DNA of 64,000 nucleotides from the IMG/VR virus record IMGVR_UViG_3300044451_000434, positions 64,001 to 128,000 of that record. One strand, written 5' to 3'. The notes beneath the pieces were generated by a model. That model searched no databases. It saw nothing but the letters and a program-made list of their open reading frames with translations, and had not been told where the DNA came from. Positions 46,731 to 56,625 of this stretch are shown piece after piece. The position numbers and the translations under genes were made by a program. The stretch is from a virus. Numbering within the stretch: the stretch's first letter is position 1; each line of letters opens with the position of its first letter.

Positions 46731-47423
46731 TCACCCAATATCCATATAGGAAGACAATATGTTTTTCTTACGACTGTTCAACTTCAATATTTCAGATGCT
46801 TCATCCTTGTGCAACTGCCTTTCCTCTGAAGCAGCAGCAAGCCTGATTTCAAAAAGTCTTCTGTCAATCGAAAGTAGATTTGACTGAGCTTCCTTTATAA
46901 CGACATCTTTACCTATATTCTTGAGATTTGATGGCGCATCTTCAATAGGAAGATAGCCAGTGTTACTTATACGCCCTGCTCTGTTAGCAACAAGCGAATC
47001 TTCTATATCCACAGGATCAACATCAGGACTACCAGTATTGAAGTGCAGCGAAAACAGATCTCTCTCGCCCTTCTTTGCCTCTGCGTATGCATTCCTGAAT
47101 TTCTGGTCGAAAGCTTCACTTGTCATGTTTATATCAGAAACAGGAGAAGAATCGCGAGATTTACGGGAAACAAGATCGCTATCCTCGCCTGAAGAATACT
47201 CATCGAGGCGTGCCTCAACAACCCTTGTGGCATATTTTTCATCCCGCTCTGCCAACATCTGAGCAACCGACTTGTCAGCTTCGTCGCCATGAGATTCATC
47301 TATTGCCCGAGGAAGACTCGTGTCATTTATGAACGATGTCTCGTTGTCTTTCCTGTTCTGCTCCAAAAGTTGTTCTCTTGATGCAGATTTAATCAAACCC
47401 ATACGTCTCAAAAAGTTAAACAT
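46731..47423 (-). CDS. Hypothetical protein (~230 aa)
   Basis: ATG at 47423 with GAGGAG SD; KSAS, KEAQ. Confidence 0.7.
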   Translation of the reverse strand: MFNFLRRMGLIKSASREQLLEQNRKDNETSFINDTSLPRAIDESHGDEADKSVAQMLAERDEKYATRVVEARLDEYSSGEDSDLVSRKSRDSSPVSDINMTSEAFDQKFRNAYAEAKKGERDLFSLHFNTGSPDVDPVDIEDSLVANRAGRISNTGYLPIEDAPSNLKNIGKDVVIKEAQSNLLSIDRRLFEIRLAAASEERQLHKDEASEILKLNSRKKNILSSYMDIG

Positions 47424-47425
47424 TT

Positions 47426-49309
47426 TCAGCTCCTCATGTCCTTTGCCACCCTTTGACCTAAACCAACACCATACGGAACACCCTGCATAGATCTCCACAC
47501 GGTTTGATCCGCACCCATAGTTACTGACAATCTAGCCAGTCTACCTTGCGGCAAACGAGATTGATCCTGATCGGACGTGACAAAACAGGCTCCGGCAAGG
47601 GCGTCGACAAGATCATCTGTTCTGACCATTCCGTCCCTCTTTGCAAAAACTCTATATCCTGTAGGCATGTATTTTCTTTGCAAATATAACATTTCATTCT
47701 TCAAAAGATCGTGGTGTGGTATCAATAATTTCCCGCTAGAAGCCAAATCATAAAGATAATCATAAATAATTACTTTGTAGCGTTTAGTAAAGCGCGTCAA
47801 TTTGGCAGGGATTCCCTTCGCTTGCAAACTTTTTATACTCGCTGCTGAGTTCCATTGGTCAAATGACACCTGGGAAAAATAAAATCTTCTGCTCAATTTA
47901 ATTATATATGACTCTATCTCTTCATTTACTATGGGTTTGTCTTTAGAAGGTTGCCAAAACTTTATGTGGTCAATAACTATCTTAAAATCCATCTTACCAG
48001 TATCTTTCTTTATAAATTGTTCTCTATGACAGACCACAAGGGCATAATTATGACTTGAAGTGGCTGGATCAAGATGACAAAAATACATTTGACCAGGCTC
48101 TCCATACTCTTTTAGTTGCAGAGATGGCTTAAAACAGGCCTCGACTATATCCCTTGAAAAAAAAGACTGCCCAGCTGTACCTGCAAATTCGGCGCCAAAT
48201 TCCATGCCAAACTCTTCTTCCTGCATTTGGGAAAACATAGTTCGCAGCCCATCTCGACTCTGATTTATATTGACGACCCATGTTGGTAACCGCAAAGACA
48301 TTCTCTGTGGAACATTTGGCGAAGTTTTGAACAATTCGTAAAAAACACCCTCTTTTCCACGAGGGCTAGAGATGCATACGATCTTGCCGTCGTAAATAAA
48401 TTTTTCTTGCTCTATTCCCTCTTTATCGATGTACTTCTCTCTACGAACATATGTCGCAGTGGCAGGTGCCAAAGTTCTATATATCGCCTCTCCACCGCTT
48501 GATCCAGGTGTCTGCTTGTAAAGACCAATCTCATCGAGCATGAGGCAGTAGCAACCTATACCTGCAAGAGAATCAGAATTTGAGTGACCTGACCTGATGA
48601 CCACAGAGCCAGGAGAAATCGGAAGATCCCTTGATCTCATCTCTTCGTTTCTTTTTCTGTCTGCAGGAGTCATAAGGTATATGGTGTCCTGAAGAATCCC
48701 ATCTTGACTGATCTTGTCAGAAAAATACACGCTCTTAAAAACTTTATCCCTAATTTCTTGAAAAAGTATTTCTGCCTGCTTGGAAGAGTTCGCGATAGTG
48801 ATGATGGTAAATGGAGCACCAGTGCTTAACCCGTACAGCGCGTGAGGATCTCCGTTTGGGGACTCAATTAACCTGAGAGCCTCATAAAGCGCCAAAATAG
48901 ATATGACAAAATCCTTTCCAGAACGACGCCCCCACACAAGCACCAATTCCTGAAAAAGATTTCCGCTTTCATATTTTTTTAGAAGATCACCCTGTTCAAA
49001 GTCAGGGTCATCAAGACCATGCTGTTTGCACAACTCAATCTCTTCATCAGTCAATTTTAGGTCTTCGTTGCCCTTCGTGCCCCTATAGAAAGCTTTAAGT
49101 GCAATTTTCTGGAATGGAAACAACTCAATCGGAGTTGGCTCATAATGGCTCATGCCCAAATATTCACGACTCTCAATAAATTCAACTATTGAAGGTATTT
49201 TCCCCGATGAAGATATTTGACCGCCTGTCTCGTTTTCAAGAGATTGACGAAAAGCCGTCAACTCAGCGATAAGTGGATTGTTTTTGGAAGGACGACCGCG
49301 CTTAGCCAT
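47426..49309 (-). CDS. terL: Terminase large subunit
   Basis: PFQ adenine motif, Walker A GRRSGK, Walker B LMLDE, coupling motif ISSP; RNase H-like nuclease HLDPA, FDQWNS, DDLVDA. Confidence 0.93.
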   Translation of the reverse strand: MAKRGRPSKNNPLIAELTAFRQSLENETGGQISSSGKIPSIVEFIESREYLGMSHYEPTPIELFPFQKIALKAFYRGTKGNEDLKLTDEEIELCKQHGLDDPDFEQGDLLKKYESGNLFQELVLVWGRRSGKDFVISILALYEALRLIESPNGDPHALYGLSTGAPFTIITIANSSKQAEILFQEIRDKVFKSVYFSDKISQDGILQDTIYLMTPADRKRNEEMRSRDLPISPGSVVIRSGHSNSDSLAGIGCYCLMLDEIGLYKQTPGSSGGEAIYRTLAPATATYVRREKYIDKEGIEQEKFIYDGKIVCISSPRGKEGVFYELFKTSPNVPQRMSLRLPTWVVNINQSRDGLRTMFSQMQEEEFGMEFGAEFAGTAGQSFFSRDIVEACFKPSLQLKEYGEPGQMYFCHLDPATSSHNYALVVCHREQFIKKDTGKMDFKIVIDHIKFWQPSKDKPIVNEEIESYIIKLSRRFYFSQVSFDQWNSAASIKSLQAKGIPAKLTRFTKRYKVIIYDYLYDLASSGKLLIPHHDLLKNEMLYLQRKYMPTGYRVFAKRDGMVRTDDLVDALAGACFVTSDQDQSRLPQGRLARLSVTMGADQTVWRSMQGVPYGVGLGQRVAKDMRS

Positions 49310-49652
49310 TAAATTTCCTCAACCTGTAACCAATAGATGAAATACAATCCTTAAAATCAACCTCTTGTCCGATGTTTTTTATTGAGGCTGCTGCATTGGT
49401 CTCCAAAAGAATTCCTGTTTCCCCATCAACCCTCCAAAAAAAGAATCTGTCTAAACGCTCAGGATCCATCATATAAACATATTTCATCAAATTTTCTGGT
49501 ATAGATGAACAGGCTACACATGTCGGTTCTGCATTTGAAACTGCAACACAAGACCAACAAAATATGTCATTTCTATCAAGCATTTTGGTAGAGATAGCGG
49601 CCTTCACAATCTCTGCCTGCTTTAGAGGCATCACCACATGGAAGACATCCAT
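49302..49652 (-). CDS. Hypothetical protein (~116 aa)
   Basis: ATG at 49652 with a strong GGGAGAGG SD; overlaps the terminase start. Confidence 0.5.
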   Translation of the reverse strand: MDVFHVVMPLKQAEIVKAAISTKMLDRNDIFCWSCVAVSNAEPTCVACSSIPENLMKYVYMMDPERLDRFFFWRVDGETGILLETNAAASIKNIGQEVDFKDCISSIGYRLRKFNG

Positions 49653-49960
49653 GAGACCACCACCTCTCCCAAAAACATCTACCCAAAAACGCCAGAAATA
49701 CCTCCACAAAAACAATATGTACTTGATGCTCCTTGGGTAGACTTTGAGATTATGGCTATCTTGGAGACTGCTCATGCGGCACATCTTTCTCAGCATACAA
49801 GCGCCAATAGAACACAACTCCGATACACTATCGGTCGCAACTATTATCGCCAATATGCAATCGACCTCGTAGAGAGATATTGAAGTTGGCGTATGCGTCT
49901 CGGTCATTGTTGTGGTTGCAACTTTGACATACGAAGCGCCTGTCGCGTGACTGAGTATAT

Positions 49961-50258
49961 TCACAGGCAATTTAAACTTTGTTCATGTTCTACTGAGGTG
50001 GCTGCCTGTGTCAAATATTCCGAATCAGCACTTGAAGATTGAATGTGAAGTTTTGTCAACATGATGCGAATATGTGCGGAATTTCTAGCGATTGCTTTTT
50101 TTTGAGTTCAGTTGCATTGGCGCATTTTCTTCTATGAGAAAAGAACCGTTAGTTAGAGTTTTAATTGTATTGACGCTGTGCTGCAAAGCACTCAAGTCTT
50201 TTTCAGTTTGTTCCGCAGAAACTTCATCTGATACAGGAAAAATTCTAGGATTTGGCAT
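49961..50258 (-). pseudogene. Fibre-associated small gene interrupted by a frameshift in an A8 run (50096-50103)
   Basis: ATG at 50258 stops at 50085 (57 aa). Removing one A gives a ~98-aa ORF continuing AIARNSAHIRIMLTK... to TGA at 49961. Confidence 0.55.
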
Positions 50259-50275
50259 TTAGTTTACTTTCGTGT

Positions 50276-50704
50276 TTAGTTCGCAAACATTTCAAATGTA
50301 TCAAACTGAACACCACCAAGTGATACGATAACTGTATCAGGATCACTGTCCGAGGCAAAAGTGATCCATTGCCCATTGGAAACTGTTATTTCAAAACCAT
50401 CGGGTGGAATTGTATCCATGGAAGGTAGAATAAATGTTGGTTCTGATGGGCCCACACCTAGTATCCCGAAATCTTGTGTGCCCGCAGGTTGAGAGTTTGT
50501 TACTTTGTAGTACAGTTGCGATCTAGAATTGTCGTAGTAGACCGTGAAAGTTACTGGCTGATTTATGCCCTTAATCTGCCTGGAAGAACCGTTGTACTGA
50601 GTACCAAATCCCGTATCGGTAGTTCCAACATCTGCCCATTGAACAGCATTGGGAGTCACATCCCTAACATTGGCGTGGCCTCGTAAACCCACAATGTGTC
50701 TCAT
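50276..50704 (-). CDS. Fibre-associated hypothetical protein (142 aa)
   Basis: ATGA overlap with the upstream fibre gene; beta-rich. Confidence 0.65.
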   Translation of the reverse strand: MRHIVGLRGHANVRDVTPNAVQWADVGTTDTGFGTQYNGSSRQIKGINQPVTFTVYYDNSRSQLYYKVTNSQPAGTQDFGILGVGPSEPTFILPSMDTIPPDGFEITVSNGQWITFASDSDPDTVIVSLGGVQFDTFEMFAN

Positions 50705-52368
50705 GTTCCTAGTGCTCCTGCAAGATTAAATGTGTTGGCAACATAGGCAACAAGAGAGGCGGATGCGTGTTGGCCTGCGGTTTTGGTGTAAGATCCAAAC
50801 GAGTTAATTGTGGTTCCTGATGCAGAGAAAGTTACTTGACCTGCTCCCAATTGAATTACGGTAACACTGTAACCGGCACCAAGTCCACTAGGAACAGTAA
50901 CCGTGATTGAACTCGCGTTGTTCATTGTGATTACTTTACCGTTATCTGATGCAGCAAGTGTGTATGTTGTGCCTGTTTGAGCATTTATTCCACTAGAAGA
51001 AAGTGCGTAAGCAGAGGCATTTACTCCACCTGGCGCGGTCACAGTTCCGTAAATAGTGGCAGATGTTTGTGAGGTGGCACCAATCACGGCGGTGTTGCTG
51101 CCTAGACCCACAGCCTCAGAACCAATCACAATTTCAGAACTTGGAGCATCACCGCTTGCCCGCGAGTTATAACCAATGTAGATGTTATTTGTGCCGCCAG
51201 AGGTATGATTGGTGTTGCTGCTTGTTTTATAACGAGCAGCACCACCACCGATTGCGGTGACGCCCGTTCCGCTTGTAGCGTTTCTTAAAGCAGAATTACC
51301 AATCGCGGAGTTGTCTGAGCCATTTATAGAAAAGAGTGCTTCTGCGCCCACCGCAGTGTTTTGTTGGCCTGTGGTGAGCGTGTAGAGGGCATTAATGCCG
51401 ATTGCTGCGTTGTACGATCCAGATGTGTTGCTTAGCATTGAGTTGTAGCCGATGCTCACATTGCCAATGGAAGTCACAGAGGCACTTCCAAACAACGCTT
51501 GATATCCGATGGCAGTATTCGTTCGTGCCGTGGTGGCTCGATACATGGCGCTCGTACCAACGGCTAGATTGCCGTAGGCAGTAGTGGTGCCGTCGCCGTT
51601 GAGATTCAACAATGCTTGGGAACCAATCGCCACATTGTCAACGCCTGCGGTGTTAGCAGCCAAACTTGAAGAGCCGACACCAACATTGCGAGCACCCGTC
51701 GTATTGGCGTTGACGGCAGAAGAACCGATGGCAACATTCGTGCTGACATCTCCTGCACCGCGACCGACTCGCAATCCGTTTACGAAACAATCCTTTGCCA
51801 CGCCAATACCGCCCGAGACAACAAGTGCGCCCGTGGTACTGTTACTGCTCGCCGTTGTCGCCGCAGCCGTAAGCACGCCCGCGAAGTTGCCCGTGCCGCC
51901 CACGAACAGCGCACCCGACACACCGATGCCACCTGTCACAAGAAGCGCACCCGTTGTGGTGCTCGTGCTCGCCGTGCCGCTTGTCGCTCGCAGTTGACCA
52001 CCTGCGGCAACAGTGCTAGAGCCCGTGATGGCACCGTCTGCGTCGATATTGCCTGTTGAGGTAACGCTCGAAAACTCTGCGAAAGTAGCGAAGATATCTC
52101 CAATGACCGTTAATGTATTATTTGCCGTAACTGCACCGTCAAATATTTTTTCTCCAACAATAGTTTGCGTTGTTGCTATGGTGACTAGATTTTCCGTCAG
52201 GTCAGTTGTTGCTGACAGCTTTTTGACTGTACCGCTAGTGTTTTTGATGAAGAGCGCCTCGTCTGCAACGTTGATTGCAATTTCTCCAAGTTCTAGTGTG
52301 GCATCTGGCTGCGAAGAAGCATAAGTGGAGTACAGGTGCTGAATTATACTTTCTCTAGTTACTGGCAT
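50701..52368 (-). CDS. Virion fibre/adhesin protein (555 aa)
   Basis: N-terminal LELGEIAIN anchor, STTTGAL.V.GGIGV repeats, YadA-like N.AIG..AL repeats, C-terminal INAQTGTTYTL..SD.GK domain. Confidence 0.85.
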   Translation of the reverse strand: MPVTRESIIQHLYSTYASSQPDATLELGEIAINVADEALFIKNTSGTVKKLSATTDLTENLVTIATTQTIVGEKIFDGAVTANNTLTVIGDIFATFAEFSSVTSTGNIDADGAITGSSTVAAGGQLRATSGTASTSTTTGALLVTGGIGVSGALFVGGTGNFAGVLTAAATTASSNSTTGALVVSGGIGVAKDCFVNGLRVGRGAGDVSTNVAIGSSAVNANTTGARNVGVGSSSLAANTAGVDNVAIGSQALLNLNGDGTTTAYGNLAVGTSAMYRATTARTNTAIGYQALFGSASVTSIGNVSIGYNSMLSNTSGSYNAAIGINALYTLTTGQQNTAVGAEALFSINGSDNSAIGNSALRNATSGTGVTAIGGGAARYKTSSNTNHTSGGTNNIYIGYNSRASGDAPSSEIVIGSEAVGLGSNTAVIGATSQTSATIYGTVTAPGGVNASAYALSSSGINAQTGTTYTLAASDNGKVITMNNASSITVTVPSGLGAGYSVTVIQLGAGQVTFSASGTTINSFGSYTKTAGQHASASLVAYVANTFNLAGALGT

Positions 52369-52407
52369 GCATAACCCTCAATTGTACCACAAAATTATAC
52401 GATCAGA

Positions 52408-54564
52408 TCAGGTGAAGATTCCACCCCTGATGTTGGCAATAAGTGTTCCAACCGTGTATCCGGTTGCGCTAGTGTTGACGGTGGTGCTAGGTTCCGATTG
52501 AGAATCCACAAAAAGCCTGAACTTGCCGTCCGAAGCGTCTCGGAAAAGACCGCAATATAGGTCTAGCGAGCCACTTGTGTCATAGAGACCGTAGAAACCG
52601 ATATCAACACTGTCAGCGGTACTGTTGCCATTAGCGAGTTTTATGAGTGGGTCCTCAACCGACAAGATCGAGGTATTAACTGTGACGGCGGTTCCGTTGA
52701 CAGTTAGATCACCAGTCACGGTCAAGTTGTTTCCAACTGTAGCATTGTAGCCAAATGCAACAGTGCCGCCTGCAGCAGATCCTATGTTCACATTTGTGGT
52801 TGACCCAGATGCTCCGTTTGCACCCATATTTATTGTATTGGTGAATCCATTTCCGGTAGCACCGTTGGAAATTCCAGTGGTCGCGCTAGATGCCCCATTA
52901 TACCCAAAACCAAGTGTGGTGGCTGCACCGAAGGCATTCACCGTTGTTGCAGTAGTATTAAAGACATTCTGGGTCGTTGCGTTCCCAACAAGTGTACCAC
53001 CGCGAAGGTTGATTGTTGCTGTTGTGGAATCACCCATGGTGATGGCGGTGGCTGCGCCACCGATGTTCAGAGTTGTTGCTGTACCGTTAAGCAGATTGAA
53101 TGTTGCGGCTGATGTTGTGAGGCCTCCGCCATTGACGGCGAGGTCACCAGTGATCGTGAGGGTGTCCGTCGTCTTGTTATAGGTTAGACCAGAGTCTCCA
53201 CCTAGGGCGGAACCTCCGTCATTGAACATCACTTGGGTGTCGGAACCAGCTACAAGAGCAACTGTGCCAGTGGCATCGGGCAGGGTGATCGTGCGGTCGG
53301 CGGTTGGGTCGGCAACAGTGAGGGTGGTCTCAAAACCATTAGATGTTACGCCCTCCCATATGATGTTCACGGGGGTTACAACAGGAGTTAGATCATCTGT
53401 TTGTTTTGTACCCAAATATATGTCACCACCCAAAAAATCTGTAGTTGATCCATTTCCAGAATTTACTTTTATAAGTGGAACGCTTCCTTCAAAAAAAACG
53501 GAACTAGTAGTGCTCAACGCGAGTGTACCCGTGGGCGCAATCGTAATATAATTAGAACCACTGTTTGTCGTTACATACGCGTTTGTATTGCCAAGCTTGA
53601 GGGTTGAATTTCTTATATGTGCTACTCCTGTGCTAGTGGAACCAATTGTAACGGCTGTGGCTGCGCCAAAGGCATTTACAGTTGTTGCAGTGTTATTAAA
53701 GACATGCTGTGTCGTTAAATTGCCAACAAGGGTGCCGCCACGGATGACGGTGGTGGCTATTGTTGAATCACCCATGGTGATGGCGGTGGCTGCGCCACCG
53801 AGATTCAGGGTGGCAACCGTACTGTCCAGCAGATTGAATGTTGCGGCTGATGTTGTGAGGCCTCCGCCGTTGACGGCGAGGTCGCCTGCAATGGTGAGGG
53901 TGTCTCCGTTGACGGCGAGGTCGCCTGCAATGGTGAGGGTGTCTGTCAACGAGTTGTAGGTCAGGCCATTACTGTCCACCCTCACTGCGGTGGCGCCAGA
54001 GGTGGCATTGGTGAATGCTATGTATGCAGTTGTGGTGGCATCATCATTTGTGACGCTCACGTTCGTGGCGGTGCCTGTGCTTGACCAGCTGAGGACACCG
54101 TTGCCGTCCGTGGTCAGAACCTCTGCCGCATCACCATCATTTACCGGCAGGGTGAATGTGTATGCTGCATTCGAAGTGGTGGCAGTAGGCGCCTGGAGGA
54201 TCACCGTTCCACCACCGTTGCCACGAGCTGTGAATACTATTTCACTCGTTGTCCCGAGGGTCAAGTCCCCGGTAAGCGATCCGCCGGAAAGCGGCAGATA
54301 ATTTCCAGCAAGGCTTTTTACGGCATACTGGGTTGCCAACTTATTGTTTTCACTGCTGACACTCGACCAGTTGATGGCTGCTTGGTCTTCGATGATCGCA
54401 CCAACCCAGTTGGAAGTGTTGTTGCCGCCGGAACCTACGAAAAGCTTCTTGTTACTACCTGACCCGTTGGCAAAAGCCAACTCGCCATCATACAGATCAG
54501 AAGGGGCTGTCGTTGCAGAAGACCCGTACAGGACGGTTATCAGTGATTCTCTTGACGTTGGCAT
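52408..54564 (-). CDS. Virion fibre protein (718 aa)
   Basis: N-terminal LYDGELAFAN anchor, GDL.VNG repeats, PTADRTITLPDATGTVAL, VEDPLI.L C-terminal module; Thr/Gly/Ala-rich. Confidence 0.85.
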   Translation of the reverse strand: MPTSRESLITVLYGSSATTAPSDLYDGELAFANGSGSNKKLFVGSGGNNTSNWVGAIIEDQAAINWSSVSSENNKLATQYAVKSLAGNYLPLSGGSLTGDLTLGTTSEIVFTARGNGGGTVILQAPTATTSNAAYTFTLPVNDGDAAEVLTTDGNGVLSWSSTGTATNVSVTNDDATTTAYIAFTNATSGATAVRVDSNGLTYNSLTDTLTIAGDLAVNGDTLTIAGDLAVNGGGLTTSAATFNLLDSTVATLNLGGAATAITMGDSTIATTVIRGGTLVGNLTTQHVFNNTATTVNAFGAATAVTIGSTSTGVAHIRNSTLKLGNTNAYVTTNSGSNYITIAPTGTLALSTTSSVFFEGSVPLIKVNSGNGSTTDFLGGDIYLGTKQTDDLTPVVTPVNIIWEGVTSNGFETTLTVADPTADRTITLPDATGTVALVAGSDTQVMFNDGGSALGGDSGLTYNKTTDTLTITGDLAVNGGGLTTSAATFNLLNGTATTLNIGGAATAITMGDSTTATINLRGGTLVGNATTQNVFNTTATTVNAFGAATTLGFGYNGASSATTGISNGATGNGFTNTINMGANGASGSTTNVNIGSAAGGTVAFGYNATVGNNLTVTGDLTVNGTAVTVNTSILSVEDPLIKLANGNSTADSVDIGFYGLYDTSGSLDLYCGLFRDASDGKFRLFVDSQSEPSTTVNTSATGYTVGTLIANIRGGIFT
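53867..53944. repeat. Perfect 39-bp tandem duplication (DTLTIAGDLAVNG x2)
   Basis: CCGTTGACGGCGAGGTCGCCTGCAATGGTGAGGGTGTCT occurs twice in tandem. Confidence 0.97.
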
Positions 54565-54707
54565 GGTTTTTTATCCTTAAAGTTTAAATTATGCGTTAAT
54601 CTCTATACATTTTTTTCGACAAAATACTTCCATGTAGATTTTTTTTACCAAACATGCCTGAAAATCGCTATAATAAATTGTTTTTTAATGCTACATTCTC
54701 ACCGTAC

Positions 54708-56504
54708 TCATTCAACAGTTATGTTGCCCTGCGAACTGATCACATTCCATTCTGTGTTTGCGACGCTGCATACTAGTTCGACGCAATCTTTTGGATCGTT
54801 GCTCGCTAGATATCCCGAAACACCAACGGTTGTATCCATGTTTCCAAAATGGATGATCTGACCGTGGTTCTGTGCAATACGCCATGTGTTTTGGAGACCA
54901 CTCACCCTCACTATTTTGCCCACCGCAGAAGAAGAAGGTAGTGTGAGAACGAGCGTTCCTTCATTCTTGTTGGCAAAAACTCCGGTGTCAACCGAAAGAC
55001 CCTGATCGTCTGTGACGACGCTCCAGATAATCATGCCACCGCCTGTAACGGTCGACCAAGACAACTCGGCGACTGAGTCATCCACCGAAGCAATGGTGAG
55101 AACTTGGTTTGTCGAACCAATCGATGGGGGCATGACATATGTGGAATCAGATGGCAAGGAAGACGGAGCCCTAACCGCCACGCAGCTTGAAGAATCTGCA
55201 TCTGCAAGACGAACAGACCCGACCGCGTCGAGCTGAAGATTACCATCGGACAAAATCGCAAAAGTTCCAGATTTGTCTGGAAGTGTCAGAGTTCTGTCAA
55301 CTGTTGGTTCTTCTGTCTGGATCGTTGTTTGGTACGAGTTGATCGTGCCGCTGTCAAAAACAAGATTGCTACCGATGATGCGTATGTCACCATCGCCCAC
55401 GACACGTCCCTGATCGTCAACCTCAAATACCGTATGACCGTCAATGTCTCTCACCTGAAATGCTGTCGAGCCATCGAAGGTTGTCGCACGGATTGCGAGT
55501 GAGCCACAGAAGCTGACATGCTGACAATTGTTTGAATAGGGGTCATAATAAGGGTCTTCTGCAGGCCAAGACCAGTTATGAAACCAACCTGCCCTAGTAA
55601 TCTTCTGTCTTGTATATCCGTCGAGATAAGCGGCATCAACCCCATATATCAGTGATCCATCTGCAGATTGGTACTTGAGAAAACTTTCGAAGGTAGGAAC
55701 ATCTCCTGCTCCGTTGCCAACATCTCTAGTTGCAGCCGTACCAAGCCCGAGCGTGGTTCTCTGGGTGTAGGCATCGGGATCATCAAGCAGAGCCTTGCCT
55801 GCTACCGTGATATCTCCGCCGAGTTTGGATGTTGAAACCACTCCGAAATCAATCGTCCATGTGGATCCAAAGTTACTGACGGTAATGTCGCCCTTGTCTC
55901 CGTCTGTGATGCCTAAGCCACCAGACGGAGAAGATGCCACCCATGCAGAACCAGTCCATGTGGGAACCTGCCCAGATGTTGCACCACTCTGTGCTATTTT
56001 TGATAGCGGCACGGAAGACACGGAAACTGTTACTGCACCATCATTGGATGATGACACGGATATGGTTCCGTCTTGGTTTGACAGACCATCAAGTCTTGGG
56101 GGAGACAAAAGCCGCCAAACTGTGCCGTCCCACTGCCATTTACGTCGGCCGTGAATGATGATCTGACTGACTACCTGAGACTGGGCCAATACGAGCGGCG
56201 TGGTGGCTGCAGAAAGTTGTAAGAAGTCTCCCTCAGAACCGAACTCGACCCACGCAGACCTTCCCTGTGAATCTGTGTACCACACTGCCTCCCTGCCGGT
56301 TACTGGATTTATCCAGCGTTCTCCTGAATACGGCGATGGAGGGGGAGTGGGCGATATTTCAGTATGCTGACTACTAGCGGCGCCGGGAACCCACTTTTCT
56401 TGAGCTTGGTTCCACACCAGAGTGTTTCCATCCTGCGGCTGCTGTCTTGCTATATCAGCGAGATCTCTCAGTCTCGAAATCTGTACATTTGGAGGTATAG
56501 CCAC
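54708..56504 (-). CDS. Modular virion fibre protein (598 aa)
   Basis: LxDLxD..P.DG..LVW repeat, P.P..GE.W module, DGDKGDITV, PTVDRTLTLPDKSGT, C-terminal LTLP.S.AVG module. Confidence 0.8.
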   Translation of the reverse strand: MAIPPNVQISRLRDLADIARQQPQDGNTLVWNQAQEKWVPGAASSQHTEISPTPPPSPYSGERWINPVTGREAVWYTDSQGRSAWVEFGSEGDFLQLSAATTPLVLAQSQVVSQIIIHGRRKWQWDGTVWRLLSPPRLDGLSNQDGTISVSSSNDGAVTVSVSSVPLSKIAQSGATSGQVPTWTGSAWVASSPSGGLGITDGDKGDITVSNFGSTWTIDFGVVSTSKLGGDITVAGKALLDDPDAYTQRTTLGLGTAATRDVGNGAGDVPTFESFLKYQSADGSLIYGVDAAYLDGYTRQKITRAGWFHNWSWPAEDPYYDPYSNNCQHVSFCGSLAIRATTFDGSTAFQVRDIDGHTVFEVDDQGRVVGDGDIRIIGSNLVFDSGTINSYQTTIQTEEPTVDRTLTLPDKSGTFAILSDGNLQLDAVGSVRLADADSSSCVAVRAPSSLPSDSTYVMPPSIGSTNQVLTIASVDDSVAELSWSTVTGGGMIIWSVVTDDQGLSVDTGVFANKNEGTLVLTLPSSSAVGKIVRVSGLQNTWRIAQNHGQIIHFGNMDTTVGVSGYLASNDPKDCVELVCSVANTEWNVISSQGNITVE

Positions 56505-56625
56505 AAAGGATGTTTCATAAAAAATGAGTCTTTTCCCCCGTCAACAAACTTCTTCATATGGATAAGTTGATGAATTTTAAAGATTTTTCCGTTTTCGAAC
56601 ACCCAAAGGACGAAATAATTGGATA

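Noticed and set aside
37520-49309. Inteins or introns in the portal, protease or terminase
   Set aside because: No intein N-terminal block, no HN-C/S/T junction and no LAGLIDADG motifs; conserved motifs are contiguous.
49653-49970. N-terminal extension of ORF 49302-49970
   Set aside because: A strong SD favours ATG at 49652; the upstream part looks like decayed sequence and cannot be assigned.
1-56504. Many plus-strand ORFs (e.g. 7323-7961, 9591-10307, 15271-15933, 30799-31434, 33462-34049)
   Set aside because: Antisense shadows of long, motif-bearing minus-strand genes.
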